DNA of 64,000 nucleotides from Alphaproteobacteria bacterium (GTDB lineage Bacteria; Pseudomonadota; Alphaproteobacteria; GCA-2731375). Under the pieces are notes generated by a model. The model saw only the letters and a program-made list of their open reading frames with translations. It made no database searches and was not told the DNA's origin. Where the stretch lies: contig JBGTSP010000001.1 in assembly GCA_041940205.1 (NCBI GenBank), positions 245 to 64,244 on the forward strand, in the 5' to 3' direction. Below are positions 26,266 to 35,940 of this stretch, one piece after another (within the stretch, counting starts at the first letter, position 1; every line of letters starts with the position of its first letter). Both the position numbers and the translations under genes were made by a program.

Positions 26266-26487
26266 ATGGCGGGGATCACGCTGGCGGTGGCGGAGGCGAA
26301 GCTCACGACCTGGCTGAACGCCAACGACCGGATCGCCGCCGGCCAGTCCTACAGGATTGGCGAGCGGATTCTCACCCGCGCTGACCTCGGCGAGGTCCGC
26401 AAGGAGATCGAGTACTGGCAGAGCTGGGTCGAGAAGCTCAGCGCGAACCGCGGCCGGACCCGCGCCCGGCTGGCGAGGCCGATATGA
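26266..26487 (+). CDS. Head-tail joining protein, lambda gpW-like
   Basis: 73 aa between TerL and portal; gpW-like helical pattern LTTWLNA...AAGQSYRIGERILTRADLGEVRKEIEYWQSWV. Confidence 0.55.
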   Translation: MAGITLAVAEAKLTTWLNANDRIAAGQSYRIGERILTRADLGEVRKEIEYWQSWVEKLSANRGRTRARLARPI

Positions 26488-28103
26488 GCCGTCGCAAGCC
26501 GGCCCGTCCGACGCTGCTCGACCGTGCGATCGCCTGGGTCGACCCTGCCGCTGGCGCGCGCCGCCTTGCGGCCCGTACCACGTACAACGCGCTGTCCGGT
26601 GGCTACCAGGGCGCCCGACGAGACCGCCGCCAGACCGGTCGGTGGACGCCGGGCGGTGGCAGCGCGGACGCCGACATTCTGCCGGATCTTCCGGAACTTC
26701 GGGAGCGGACCCGGGACGCCGTTCGCAACACGCCGATCGCGACCGCAGCTCTTGGGCGGGCTACGACGCTGACGGTGGGGCAGGGGCTGACGGTGCTGCC
26801 ACAAATCGACCGCCTGGTGCTCGGCATCGAAGACGACGCCGCCGAAGCCTGGGAGGATCGCGCGCAGCGCGAGTTCCGGTTGTGGGCCGACAACCTGCGC
26901 TGCGACGCCAGCCGGGTGCAGGACTTCGCCGGCCTGCAGGATCTGATGTTCTTCTCGGCGCTGGAGTCGGGTGACGTGTTCGCCGTGTTCCGTCGCCTCG
27001 ACCAGCCGGGCTGGCCGTTCCGGCTCGCGCTGCAGATCTACGAGGGCGACCAGATCTCGCAACCGGGCAGCCTGCGCGACGGCGCCCGGCATGCTGAGAG
27101 CGGCAACCGGGTAGCCGGCGGCATCGAAACGGACGATCGCGGGGCGCCGTTGGCCGTGCACGTTCAGGCGGTGCACCCCGGCAACGTCGCCGGCGAAGCG
27201 GGTCGGCAATGGGTGCGTCTGCCTGTGTACGGCTCCGAGAGCGGCCGGCGCCAGGTGCTTCACGTGTTCCATCGTCGTCGCCCGGGCCAGACCCGTGGTG
27301 TGCCGTTCCTGGCGCCGGTCATCGAGCAGCTGAAGCAGCTCGCCGACTATACCGAGGCGGAGCTCTTCGCGGCTGTGATCAGCGCGATGATCACGGTGGT
27401 GCACAAGGGCGGCAGCGAGGACCTCGCGAACATCGACCCGGCGAACGAGATCTCATCGTCGGTTCCGGATCGCGAATACAAGATGCAGGCCGGCACGATC
27501 TACGAGATCGAAGGCGACGACGAGATCGAAGTGCCGCAGCTCGGCCGACCGAATCCGGCCTTCGATCCGTTCTTCGTCTCGATCGTCCGGCAGATCGGCG
27601 CGGCGATCGAAGTGCCCTTCGAGGTGCTGATCATGCACTTCACGGCCAGCTACTCGGCCAGTCGGGCGGCGCTCGAAATGGCTGCGCAGTTCGTGCGTGT
27701 TCGCCGCTCCTGGCTGGTACGGCAGTTCTGCCAGCCGGTCTACGAGGCGCTCATCACGGAAGCGGTCGCCCAGGGTCGACTGGATGCGCCCGGATTCTTC
27801 AACGACCCGCTGGTTCGCAAGGCCTGGCTGGGCGCGGAATGGATCGGCCCGGCGCGGATCTCGCTCGATCCGCTGAAGGAAAACAAGGCCGACGAGATCG
27901 CCGAGGACCGAGGCTGGAAGACGGCGTCGGAAATCACGGCCGAGCGCACCGGTGGCGACTGGGAGCGGAAGGCCAGGCAGCGTGGCCGAGAACAGACAAC
28001 GAGGGATCAGGCCGGCGTCGGTTCCCCGAACCGGTCGCCAGCTGAACCTGAAGAAAATCAGGACGGCTCCGACAAGGAGGAGGCAGACGATGCGAGGGCT
28101 TGA
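26484..28103 (+). CDS. Portal protein, lambda gpB family
   Basis: 539 aa; lambda-type portal N-terminus and order W-B-C. Confidence 0.85.
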   Translation: MSRRKPARPTLLDRAIAWVDPAAGARRLAARTTYNALSGGYQGARRDRRQTGRWTPGGGSADADILPDLPELRERTRDAVRNTPIATAALGRATTLTVGQGLTVLPQIDRLVLGIEDDAAEAWEDRAQREFRLWADNLRCDASRVQDFAGLQDLMFFSALESGDVFAVFRRLDQPGWPFRLALQIYEGDQISQPGSLRDGARHAESGNRVAGGIETDDRGAPLAVHVQAVHPGNVAGEAGRQWVRLPVYGSESGRRQVLHVFHRRRPGQTRGVPFLAPVIEQLKQLADYTEAELFAAVISAMITVVHKGGSEDLANIDPANEISSSVPDREYKMQAGTIYEIEGDDEIEVPQLGRPNPAFDPFFVSIVRQIGAAIEVPFEVLIMHFTASYSASRAALEMAAQFVRVRRSWLVRQFCQPVYEALITEAVAQGRLDAPGFFNDPLVRKAWLGAEWIGPARISLDPLKENKADEIAEDRGWKTASEITAERTGGDWERKARQRGREQTTRDQAGVGSPNRSPAEPEENQDGSDKEEADDARA

Positions 28104-29517
28104 TGCGATTCTGAGACAGCCTTGGGCAATCGTCCCGGAGTGGCTGCACACGATCGTCGAAGTCGCCCAGCGCCATGTCGACCTCGAGGTCGTGGCGGAG
28201 CGTCATGCAACAACGCCCGAAGCGTTGTCGGCCCGGATCGGCGCTCGCAACGAATGGGGCATCCAGGTGCGCGACGGTATCGCGATCGTCCCGGTGACCG
28301 GACCGATCTTTCCGCGCGCAAACCTGATGACCCAGTATTCCGGCGCGACGTCCCTCGACATGCTGGCGTATGGACTGCAGAGCGTGATCGATGACGACGC
28401 GGTGAAGGCGATCCTGCTGGATGTCGACAGCCCCGGCGGCGTCGCGTTCGGGATCGGCGAGATGGCCGAGATGATCCGGGGCGGAACCAAGCGCAAACCG
28501 ATCACGGCCTATGTCGCGGGGCTGGGCGCCTCTGCCGCCTACTGGATTGCCTCGGCGGCCAGCGAGATCGTCATGCATCCGACAGCGATGGTCGGAAGTA
28601 TCGGCGTCGTCACGGGCGTACCGGTGCAGGAGCAGCCGGACAATCAGGGCGTGCGGACGATCGAAGTGGTCTCGACGAACGCGCCGAACAAGCGACCCGA
28701 CCCTCGGACCGAGGAGGGGATCGAGGTCATTCGAAAGACTCTCGATGATCTCGAAGCGCAGTTCATCGACAACGTTGCCCGGCATCGCGAAGTCTCCCGC
28801 GACGTCGTTCTGGCCGACTTCGGGCAGGGGAGCCTGAAGGTGGGCGAGCAGGCCGTCGCTGTCGGCATGGCCGATCGGTTGGGCACGTTCGAGGAAACAC
28901 TCGCCGGACTGTCCGGCGGTGAGGATGCCGCGGAACCGTCGCGGCTCAGAGCCAGCAAAGGAAACGCCAAGATGACGCTGATCTCCGCAGAGACGATTGC
29001 CGCGGACCACCCCGAGGTGGCCGAGGCGCTGCGCAATGAAGGCCGTGCCGAAGCCCAGGAAGCGGCGCGCCAGGCCGGTCACGAGGCCGGCCGTGCCGAG
29101 GGCGAGAGGGCCGGCGCGGAAGCAGAGCGGTCGCGGATCGCCGCGCTCGAGTCGGCCGCGCTGCCGGGTTACGAGGCGATGCTCGAGGAGCACAAGGCCG
29201 ACGGGAGCAAGACGGACGTCGACCTGATGCGGGCCCAGACGGCCGCGCAGAAGAAGGCGGGCGTCACCGTGGCGGCGCAGCTCGCCGACGACGAGAAGGC
29301 GCTGACGGATCTGCCGGCACCGGGCGCCAGCGCCGCGGGCCCGGGCGCCTCGTCCGGCGGTTCGAACCCCCTGAAGCCGCCCGCGGGCCTGACCGGCGAC
29401 GATCTGAGGTCGTGGGCGCAGGAGCGCTGGGCCGCCAGCGAGGAGACGCGCGGCGAGTTCAAGCGGTTCGACGCCTACCTCGGCTACCTGAAGTCGCCGG
29501 CGGCCCAGGCCGCCTGA
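28090..29517 (+). CDS. Prohead protease (S49/ClpP-like, lambda gpC) fused to scaffold-like C-terminal region (Nu3-like)
   Basis: GGAGG RBS; S49 catalytic region LDVDSPGGVAFGIGEMAEMI...AYVAGLGASAAYWIASAASEIVMHPTAMVGSIGV; coiled-coil A/E-rich C-terminus. Confidence 0.8.
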   Translation: MRGLDAILRQPWAIVPEWLHTIVEVAQRHVDLEVVAERHATTPEALSARIGARNEWGIQVRDGIAIVPVTGPIFPRANLMTQYSGATSLDMLAYGLQSVIDDDAVKAILLDVDSPGGVAFGIGEMAEMIRGGTKRKPITAYVAGLGASAAYWIASAASEIVMHPTAMVGSIGVVTGVPVQEQPDNQGVRTIEVVSTNAPNKRPDPRTEEGIEVIRKTLDDLEAQFIDNVARHREVSRDVVLADFGQGSLKVGEQAVAVGMADRLGTFEETLAGLSGGEDAAEPSRLRASKGNAKMTLISAETIAADHPEVAEALRNEGRAEAQEAARQAGHEAGRAEGERAGAEAERSRIAALESAALPGYEAMLEEHKADGSKTDVDLMRAQTAAQKKAGVTVAAQLADDEKALTDLPAPGASAAGPGASSGGSNPLKPPAGLTGDDLRSWAQERWAASEETRGEFKRFDAYLGYLKSPAAQAA

Positions 29518-29619
29518 TCACCGGCGCCCTGGCGGCGCCGCCCACCGCGTACCCGCGTTTTCCCGACGGCCCGGCCCTAGCGCCGGGCCGATTTCGTTTC
29601 ACGCTCGAAGGAGACCATC

Positions 29620-30387
29620 ATGACCACACTCGCTGCCGACAAGCCGCGCAGCTTTCACGTCGGGGAATTCCTCGACCTGCCGGTGATCGCGTCCGACCGC
29701 ATCTACCAGGGCGCCGCCGTTGGCGACAACGGATCGGGCTACATGCGCCCGCTGCAGTCCGGCGATCCGTTCCGTGGCTTCGCCGACTTCGGTGTCGACA
29801 ACAGCTCCGGCTCGGCCGGCGACAAGGACGTTCGCCTGCGCCAGAAGGGGCTGGCGACGTTGTCCATCTCCGGTGTCGCGATCACCGACGTCGGCCGGCC
29901 GGTCTATGCGACGGACGACGACACCTTCGTCCTGACCGGCGCCGGTACCAAGGTTGGCCGTGTTGCCGCCTACGTGTCGTCCGGCGTCGCGCTGGTGGAA
30001 TTCGACGCCCGCGGCCTGGAGGAGGCGGTCAAGGAGTGGGTGATCCCGATCTCCCTGGCCACGATCACCGGCGCCGGCGACGTCCTCTCCGCCCATACCC
30101 CGGGCCACTGGGGTCGCGTCCTCTCGCTGGACTTCTTCGTCGGTACGCCGGTCACCACGGCCGCGAAGCTGGCGACGCTGAACGCGGAGATCGGCGCGAC
30201 CAACCTGACGGGCGGCACGGTCGCCCTGACGTCGGCCAACTGCACGCCGCTCGGCGCGAAGGTCGCCGGCGCGGCCGTGACCGCGGCCAACGTGTTCGGG
30301 CCCAGCGACACGATCTCGATCGAGGCCGCCAGCGTCACCGCGTTCGCCGAGGGCGACGGCGCGCTGATCGTTCGCCTGGGCTTCTGA
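29620..30387 (+). CDS. Head structural protein at decoration-protein (gpD) position
   Basis: 255 aa G/A/T/V-rich beta-type protein between protease/scaffold and major capsid; assignment by synteny only. Confidence 0.4.
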   Translation: MTTLAADKPRSFHVGEFLDLPVIASDRIYQGAAVGDNGSGYMRPLQSGDPFRGFADFGVDNSSGSAGDKDVRLRQKGLATLSISGVAITDVGRPVYATDDDTFVLTGAGTKVGRVAAYVSSGVALVEFDARGLEEAVKEWVIPISLATITGAGDVLSAHTPGHWGRVLSLDFFVGTPVTTAAKLATLNAEIGATNLTGGTVALTSANCTPLGAKVAGAAVTAANVFGPSDTISIEAASVTAFAEGDGALIVRLGF

Positions 30388-30402
30388 GCGAACGCCGTTC
30401 GC
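30388..30402. repeat. GC palindrome family copy 7 GCGAACGCCGTTCGC
   Basis: Perfect 15-bp palindrome starting 1 bp after stop of 29620..30387. Confidence 0.6.
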
Positions 30403-30473
30403 CACCCTTCCCGTGACCCCGGCGCCATGGAGCGCCTCATGGCCCGTCGGGCCGAGACAAGGAGACCCCCACA

Positions 30474-31463
30474 ATGACCGGAGCAAACCCCATCACCGAG
30501 CGTGCCGTGTTCGGCATGTTCTATGAGCGCCTGATGCAGGCGCAGGCGCAGAGCTGGCTGGACGCGATCTGCACACCGGCGTTCCGGTCCGACCAGGACA
30601 GCGAGGACTATGCCTGGCTGGGCCAGGTCCCGCAGATGTCCCAGCTGATCGGATCGAAGAAGTTCACCCAGCTTCGCCAGGTGCCGTGGACCGTCGTCAA
30701 CGAGATGTACCAGTCCGGCCTGTCGATCCCCGAGAAGCATGTTCTCTACGACAAGACGGACCAGATCGACATCCGCGTCTCCGAGCTCGCCGAGAGGACG
30801 ATGTCCCACTGGTGGAAACTGGTGGCCGATCTGATCGTCGCCGGACCGAGTGCGGCCTGCTACGACGGCCAGTACTTCTTCGATACCGATCACTCCGAGG
30901 GTGACTCGGGCGCCCAGGACAACGACATCTCGGTCGATATCTCGGCCCTGCCGGTCGATGCGCACGGATCGGTCTCGGCGCCGTCGGCGGGCGAGATGGT
31001 GCATTCGATCATGACCGGCATCAATCAGATGCTGGCGTTCAAGGACGACAGGGGCGAGTACGTCAACGAGAACCTGACGGACTTCCTGGTCATGGTTCCG
31101 ACGTCGCTCTCGATCGCCGCGATGTCCGCGCTCCGCGCGCGTTCGATCGACGGTGGCGACAGCAACATCCTGATCGAGCAGGACAGCTTCCGCCTCAGGC
31201 TGGCCTCGACGCCGCGGCTGTCGAGCTGGACCGACAAGCTGGCGATCTTCGCGATCAACGGCACGCAGAAGCCGTTCATCCGGCAGCAGCGGTTCCCGAA
31301 CCAGGCGGCCAGCGGGTTCGATGCCGAGGGGCTGCGCTACTGGTCCCTGTGGACGGACAGCGAGCACTGCAAGAAGGAAGCGGAGTGCCTCGTGAACGTC
31401 GAGAGCGAACGCGCCGCGGCCTACGGGGATTGGAAGAAGGCCTGTCTGATCACCCTCACCTGA
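30474..31463 (+). CDS. Major capsid protein
   Basis: 329 aa at the gpE position following protease/scaffold and decoration gene; strong RBS (aggagaccccc). Confidence 0.6.
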   Translation: MTGANPITERAVFGMFYERLMQAQAQSWLDAICTPAFRSDQDSEDYAWLGQVPQMSQLIGSKKFTQLRQVPWTVVNEMYQSGLSIPEKHVLYDKTDQIDIRVSELAERTMSHWWKLVADLIVAGPSAACYDGQYFFDTDHSEGDSGAQDNDISVDISALPVDAHGSVSAPSAGEMVHSIMTGINQMLAFKDDRGEYVNENLTDFLVMVPTSLSIAAMSALRARSIDGGDSNILIEQDSFRLRLASTPRLSSWTDKLAIFAINGTQKPFIRQQRFPNQAASGFDAEGLRYWSLWTDSEHCKKEAECLVNVESERAAAYGDWKKACLITLT

Positions 31464-31554
31464 CGCGGGCAACCGCGTTCCGAGCGTGACGGCCGGGCGG
31501 CTCTTGCTGCCCGGCCGGGTCACACCATCCCGAATCCAACCGAAGGAGGCAGCC

Positions 31555-32091
31555 ATGCAGATGGTTCGCGTGATCGCAGACTATTTCCCGGTGAACCCGG
31601 GCGAACTGGTGCAGCTCAATGGCGACCAGGCCGATGCCCGGGCGTTTGCCCTGAAAGTCCGGCCGGACATCGCCGACAACGTGTTCGAGGTCCTGCGCCG
31701 GACCGGCTTCAAGCGCGGAGAGACGTTCGGATATGGCAGTACGCCGGACAAGCAGCGCCTGGCGGCGATCGTCGATCCCGAAAGCGGCCGGGCGTTCGAC
31801 CTGGCGGCGTTCCGGGTAGAGGTCGCGGAGACGCCGGCGGAAGAGCTGGACGACGAACAGCTCGCGGCCGTCGCCCTCGCGATCGCCGGGATGGACCCCG
31901 ACGACGAGAGCCAGTTCACCAAGTCCGGCAAGCCGGATGCGAAGGTGTTGACCGAGGCCGTCGGGTTCACCGTGACGGCGAAAGCGCGGGATGCCCTCTG
32001 GGCGGCGCACCAGGCCGTAGTGAGCGCCACCACCGCCGCCGAGGGCGAAGGCGCCGACGGGAGTGACGGCGGACCGGGTTCGCTGGTCTGA
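31555..32091 (+). CDS. Hypothetical head-completion / DNA-packaging accessory protein (gpFI position)
   Basis: 178 aa; GAAGGAGG RBS; synteny only. Confidence 0.35.
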   Translation: MQMVRVIADYFPVNPGELVQLNGDQADARAFALKVRPDIADNVFEVLRRTGFKRGETFGYGSTPDKQRLAAIVDPESGRAFDLAAFRVEVAETPAEELDDEQLAAVALAIAGMDPDDESQFTKSGKPDAKVLTEAVGFTVTAKARDALWAAHQAVVSATTAAEGEGADGSDGGPGSLV

Positions 32092-32093
32092 AC

Positions 32094-32411
32094 ATGGCCC
32101 TGGATACGGCGGCCGACCTGGCCGGGTTCTTCGACACCGACGAGCACGGACAGGCCGCCAGCTATGACGACGGCGGTGGCGGCGTGTCGGTCACCGTGAT
32201 CCTGGATTACGATTCCGCGGCGACCGATGCCGGCGGCTTCGCCGTCGCGAGTGGTCAGCCGGTGGTGCGGATCCGGCAGAGCGAAGCCTCACGGCCGGTG
32301 CAGGGCCACGCTTTCACCATCGACGGAACGGTCTACACCGTCGTTTCGGCGATCCCTGACGCGAGCGGCGGTGTGTGGGTATGCCGTTGCCGCAAGTCGG
32401 CGCCGGCCTGA
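32094..32411 (+). CDS. Head-tail joining protein (gpFII-like)
   Basis: 105 aa at FII position; beta-rich. Confidence 0.4.
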   Translation: MALDTAADLAGFFDTDEHGQAASYDDGGGGVSVTVILDYDSAATDAGGFAVASGQPVVRIRQSEASRPVQGHAFTIDGTVYTVVSAIPDASGGVWVCRCRKSAPA

Positions 32412-33136
32412 TGACCGGGATCCGCGTCGATATCCTCGCGGTGGCCCGAAGGGGCATCGAACCGTTCAGCGGACGCGACGTTCGAGGCATCGCCACTGAA
32501 CGCGGGTTTCGCGCTGCGGGCCTGGGTCCGCTTGCGCAGCTGATGCAGGAAGACCTGCAGGCTTTCGACGAGGCGCGCCAGGCGGCCCTGATCGGCGAGG
32601 GCGAGGATCTGAAGCAGGAGATGCGCCGGCAGACCGTCGCCGGTGGGCTCGGCCGGAAGATGGCGCAGTCCTGGCAGCGCTCGAAGCCACGGGGGTCGAA
32701 CCAGCACAGGCAGCGCCCGGTGTCGTACATCCACGTGTTTACCCGGGCCCGCAAGGCGATGGCCCTGGCGGAGACCGGGGGAACGGTTCGGCCGCGCTCG
32801 GCTGGCCTGCTGGCGATCCCGACCAAGGCCGCGGGCACGAAACCGAACACCGCGTTCGGCGGTGGTGGTCGCGGCTCGCCGCGCCAGCGCAAGACGCTGG
32901 AGGACTACATCCGCCCGGGCCAGCCGCATGGCCCAGGCGGGAACATCCATTTCGTTCCGATCGCCGGCGGCCGGCGCTTCGTCGTCGTTCGCCGAACGAG
33001 GACCCGCTCCACGGTGCTTTTCATCCTGGCGCGCGCGACACGTCACCGTCGGCGCATTGACTTCGCGGGCGCCGCCGATCGGGCCCTGGCCTCGCTGCCG
33101 GGTCGCCTGGTGGTGGAATGGGAGAAGCGGACATGA
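32411..33136 (+). CDS. Tail completion / virion morphogenesis protein (gpZ position)
   Basis: ATGA-coupled; basic R/K-rich C-terminal half; synteny. Confidence 0.35.
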   Translation: MTGIRVDILAVARRGIEPFSGRDVRGIATERGFRAAGLGPLAQLMQEDLQAFDEARQAALIGEGEDLKQEMRRQTVAGGLGRKMAQSWQRSKPRGSNQHRQRPVSYIHVFTRARKAMALAETGGTVRPRSAGLLAIPTKAAGTKPNTAFGGGGRGSPRQRKTLEDYIRPGQPHGPGGNIHFVPIAGGRRFVVVRRTRTRSTVLFILARATRHRRRIDFAGAADRALASLPGRLVVEWEKRT

Positions 33137-33576
33137 CGACGACGCGACGCGAGCAGGTGCTGGCGGCCGTCGCCACCCAGCTCGATACGATCGCCGACCT
33201 CACCGTGCTCCGGGACCCGCAGTTCGATCCGAACAGCCAGGCGCTGCCTGCGGCGGTGATCGGCGATGCCGGTCATGTCCTGGCCGACGTGCAGAGCTCG
33301 GGCGGGGACCGCTTCGTCCTGTCGGTTGAGATCGTCTTGCTGCTGGCGGCGGACTCCGCCCCGGGCACGGCCGCGGATGCGGTCTACCGGGACGTGACCG
33401 GGGCCCTGCTGCCGGTGCCGTACTTCGGAGCGTCCGGTCTGATCGACCACGTGGCGGAGATCGAGCTGGGCCCGCTTGTCACCGACACGGCCGAGTACGG
33501 CTTTGTTCACCAGACCCTGGAGGTCGCGATCGAGTTCGAAACGGACGAGTTCGATCGCACCGCCGCCCCGTCCTGA
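33133..33576 (+). CDS. Tail terminator protein (gpU position)
   Basis: 148 aa, ATGA-coupled to Z-position gene, precedes major tail protein. Confidence 0.4.
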   Translation: MTTTRREQVLAAVATQLDTIADLTVLRDPQFDPNSQALPAAVIGDAGHVLADVQSSGGDRFVLSVEIVLLLAADSAPGTAADAVYRDVTGALLPVPYFGASGLIDHVAEIELGPLVTDTAEYGFVHQTLEVAIEFETDEFDRTAAPS

Positions 33577-33595
33577 CGACAGAGAGGAAAACATC

Positions 33596-33751
33596 ATGTC
33601 CAGCGAACGCCGTTCGCCGAAGAAGACGCTTGCCCGCCGCACCGGGGGCAGCACCACGATCGAGCAGCCGCCGCCGGCGCCGGTCGAGGCCGACGACGAC
33701 AAGCCGGCCGCGGCGCCGCCTCGCAAGCGCAAGGCCGCGGCGGCCGACTGA
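33596..33751 (+). CDS. Small basic protein (51 aa), uncertain
   Basis: GAGAGG RBS; palindrome GCGAACGCCGTTCGC sits at codons 3-7; may be non-coding. Confidence 0.25.
   Translation: MSSERRSPKKTLARRTGGSTTIEQPPPAPVEADDDKPAAAPPRKRKAAAAD
33603..33617. repeat. GC palindrome family copy 8 GCGAACGCCGTTCGC
   Basis: Perfect 15-bp palindrome 27 bp after gpU-position stop. Confidence 0.6.
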
Positions 33752-33797
33752 GCGGCAGAACCACCCCTTCGCATCACCCCATCGGGAGACCTGATCC

Positions 33798-34973
33798 ATG
33801 GCCGACTATCGCGAGCGCGCAAAGATCTTCGCCTTCGAAATCGAAGGCACGTCGGGAACCGAGGAGGCGCCGAGCGTCTCCGCCGACGCCATCCGGGCCG
33901 AAGGGCTCGGCTGGGACCCCCAGTTCGAGGTCGAGCAGACCAATGAACACACGGGCAGCCTGGACGGCGACGCTCCGATCGTCGGCGCTGGGTATGCGCA
34001 GGTCCGGGGCGAGTGCCTGCTGAAGGGCGACGGCGCCGGCGGCACGGCGCCGGAGTTCGGCGACCTGCTGCGCGCGGCCGCGATGTCCGAGACCCTGCTG
34101 GCTTCGGACGAGAGCGGTACCGCGCAGACTGGCACCAGCTCGACGATCACCCTCGCGGCGTCCGGTCCGAGTTCGACCGACGACGTCTACAACGGCGCAG
34201 TGATCGTCACGACCGGTGGCACCGGCAGCGGGCAGACCCGGGTGATCACCGACTACAACGGCACCTCGAAGGTGGCGACCGTTTCGCCGGACTGGGACAC
34301 CGATCCGGACAACACCACGACCTACACGATCTACGCGCACGCCAAGTACCAGCCCGTTTCCTCCGGGCTGGAAACCGGCACCGGCTACCTCTGGGACCAG
34401 CACACCGGCAGCGGCAGCTCGCGCCTGCGCAAGGTGATCGGCGCGGTTTGCGCGCCCCAGTTCCGGTTCCCGGCCGGTCGGGTGGGCCGTATGCCGTGGA
34501 CGGTGATGGGCAAGATCCCCGCCAACCCCACGGACGTCAGCGATCCCGGCGATCCGACCTACGACTCGGTGACCGCGGGGCCGTTCCTGGGCGCGACGAT
34601 CAAGATCGGCGGGGTCGACGTGAAGCCCACCGAGATCAGTTTCGACCTCGGCATCAACGGTGTGATGGACGTCGACCCGACCGAGTCCCTGGGCTACGAC
34701 GCCGCCAGCGTGGCCAGCCGGCGCATCACGGGCGAGATCAACCCGCGGCAAAGCGCGCTGTCGGGTCGCAACGCGTTCGCCGACTTCGTCGCCGGAACCG
34801 AACGGGACCTGTGGGTGAACTACGGCAGTACGGCGGGCAACCGCATCAGCATCTACTGCCCGGCGATCCGCTACACCGGCGCCCAGCCGACCAACAACGA
34901 CGGCATCCTGGCCGAGCGGCTGCCCTTCGAGGTGATCGGCCAGGACACCGGCATCATCGTCTGCTTCTACTGA
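33798..34973 (+). CDS. Major tail protein (tube) with extra central domain
   Basis: 391 aa at gpV position immediately upstream of G/GT chaperones and tape measure; Thr/Gly-rich beta protein. Confidence 0.55.
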   Translation: MADYRERAKIFAFEIEGTSGTEEAPSVSADAIRAEGLGWDPQFEVEQTNEHTGSLDGDAPIVGAGYAQVRGECLLKGDGAGGTAPEFGDLLRAAAMSETLLASDESGTAQTGTSSTITLAASGPSSTDDVYNGAVIVTTGGTGSGQTRVITDYNGTSKVATVSPDWDTDPDNTTTYTIYAHAKYQPVSSGLETGTGYLWDQHTGSGSSRLRKVIGAVCAPQFRFPAGRVGRMPWTVMGKIPANPTDVSDPGDPTYDSVTAGPFLGATIKIGGVDVKPTEISFDLGINGVMDVDPTESLGYDAASVASRRITGEINPRQSALSGRNAFADFVAGTERDLWVNYGSTAGNRISIYCPAIRYTGAQPTNNDGILAERLPFEVIGQDTGIIVCFY

Positions 34974-35590
34974 TGGCCCTGCTGACGCGCGCGGGCGCGA
35001 CCGAACGGGTGGAACCGGCCGACCAGGCCGAACTGCCCGAAGACGATCGGGTGTCCTACCTGATCGCGCATCCGACCGAAGCCCTCCGGGACGCCTGGCA
35101 GCGGGACATCGCCAGGCGGACCGCCCGGCTGACGGCCGAGCTGGGAATCGACGAGGGCCTGAAGGTTCGCCTGCAGGGTGATCTCGTCTCGTTGGCGCGG
35201 GAAGAGATCGGCCGCCTGGTCGACCCCTCCCAGCATGGAACGCTGTTCGAGGTGCTGGATGCCTGGGCCGAGCATCTCGAGGAAAACCCCGACGGGGCGG
35301 CGTTGCCCGAGGACCTGTCCGAGGAGATCGGCCAGGTGCAGTCGTTCCTGCGCCGGAACTCCGACATCTGGCAGGACGCCGAGGAGGACAACGGCCTGAT
35401 GGTCGGGGTGATGATCGACTCGGCTGTCGCGCGGTTCGTGCTGGAGATCGAAAATGGTCCGCCGGCGAACCGCGTTCGCGGGCGTCTCACGGCCGAGACG
35501 CTTGATGCGATCCCCGACGCGCACAAGGGCGAGATCTACGCCGCCGCGATGCGGCTTCTCCGGCCCACGGAGCAAGAGGCAAAAAACTGA
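34973..35590 (+). CDS. Tail assembly chaperone (gpG analogue)
   Basis: Acidic 205-aa protein between major tail and TMP ending at slippery A_AAA_AAC. Confidence 0.65.
   Translation: MALLTRAGATERVEPADQAELPEDDRVSYLIAHPTEALRDAWQRDIARRTARLTAELGIDEGLKVRLQGDLVSLAREEIGRLVDPSQHGTLFEVLDAWAEHLEENPDGAALPEDLSEEIGQVQSFLRRNSDIWQDAEEDNGLMVGVMIDSAVARFVLEIENGPPANRVRGRLTAETLDAIPDAHKGEIYAAAMRLLRPTEQEAKN
35465..35479. repeat. GC palindrome family copy 9, variant GCGAACcgcGTTCGC
   Basis: Inside gpG-analogue, about 100 bp upstream of slippery site. Confidence 0.5.
35581..35587 (+). promoter_or_regulatory. Programmed -1 ribosomal frameshift slippery heptamer A_AAA_AAC
   Basis: X_XXY_YYZ heptamer in G frame 3 nt before its stop; the -1 frame continues open to 35940. 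Confidence 0.6.
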
Positions 35591-35940
35591 TCCTCGCCGT
35601 GTGGTGGGTGCTCCGCCCGGCGGAGTTCGCCCACGGCGAGGATTACACGCCGGACAGCCCTGTCCCGGCGAATCAGCCCGATGAAGGCTGGTCGCCGGGC
35701 CTGCTGTTCCCGCAGCACTGGCGCGAGGGCGAGATCGTCCGCGTGCATCCGCAATACACGCTGCCGCCCGATTTCTGGCAGGCCCTCGAGGTCTGGCGGT
35801 GGTGCCACAACGACACCGGCATGGCCCGGTCGCCCGATCCGGGCGGCTTCTGGGACCAGGCCTCGGCAACGCTCGCGACGCTTCGGATCATTTCCGACGT
35901 CCGGACCAGGGTGAACAGGCAGGACGATGGCGGCGCGTAA
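35587..35940 (+). CDS. Frameshift extension of tail assembly chaperone (gpT analogue; made as G-T fusion 34973..35940)
   Basis: ORF 35599..35940 lacks its own ATG/RBS and lies in -1 frame relative to G. Confidence 0.55.
   Translation: MILAVWWVLRPAEFAHGEDYTPDSPVPANQPDEGWSPGLLFPQHWREGEIVRVHPQYTLPPDFWQALEVWRWCHNDTGMARSPDPGGFWDQASATLATLRIISDVRTRVNRQDDGGA

Noticed and set aside
24519-26324. 601-aa minus-strand ORF across terminase large subunit
   Set aside because: Antisense to gpA-family TerL; R-rich low-complexity.
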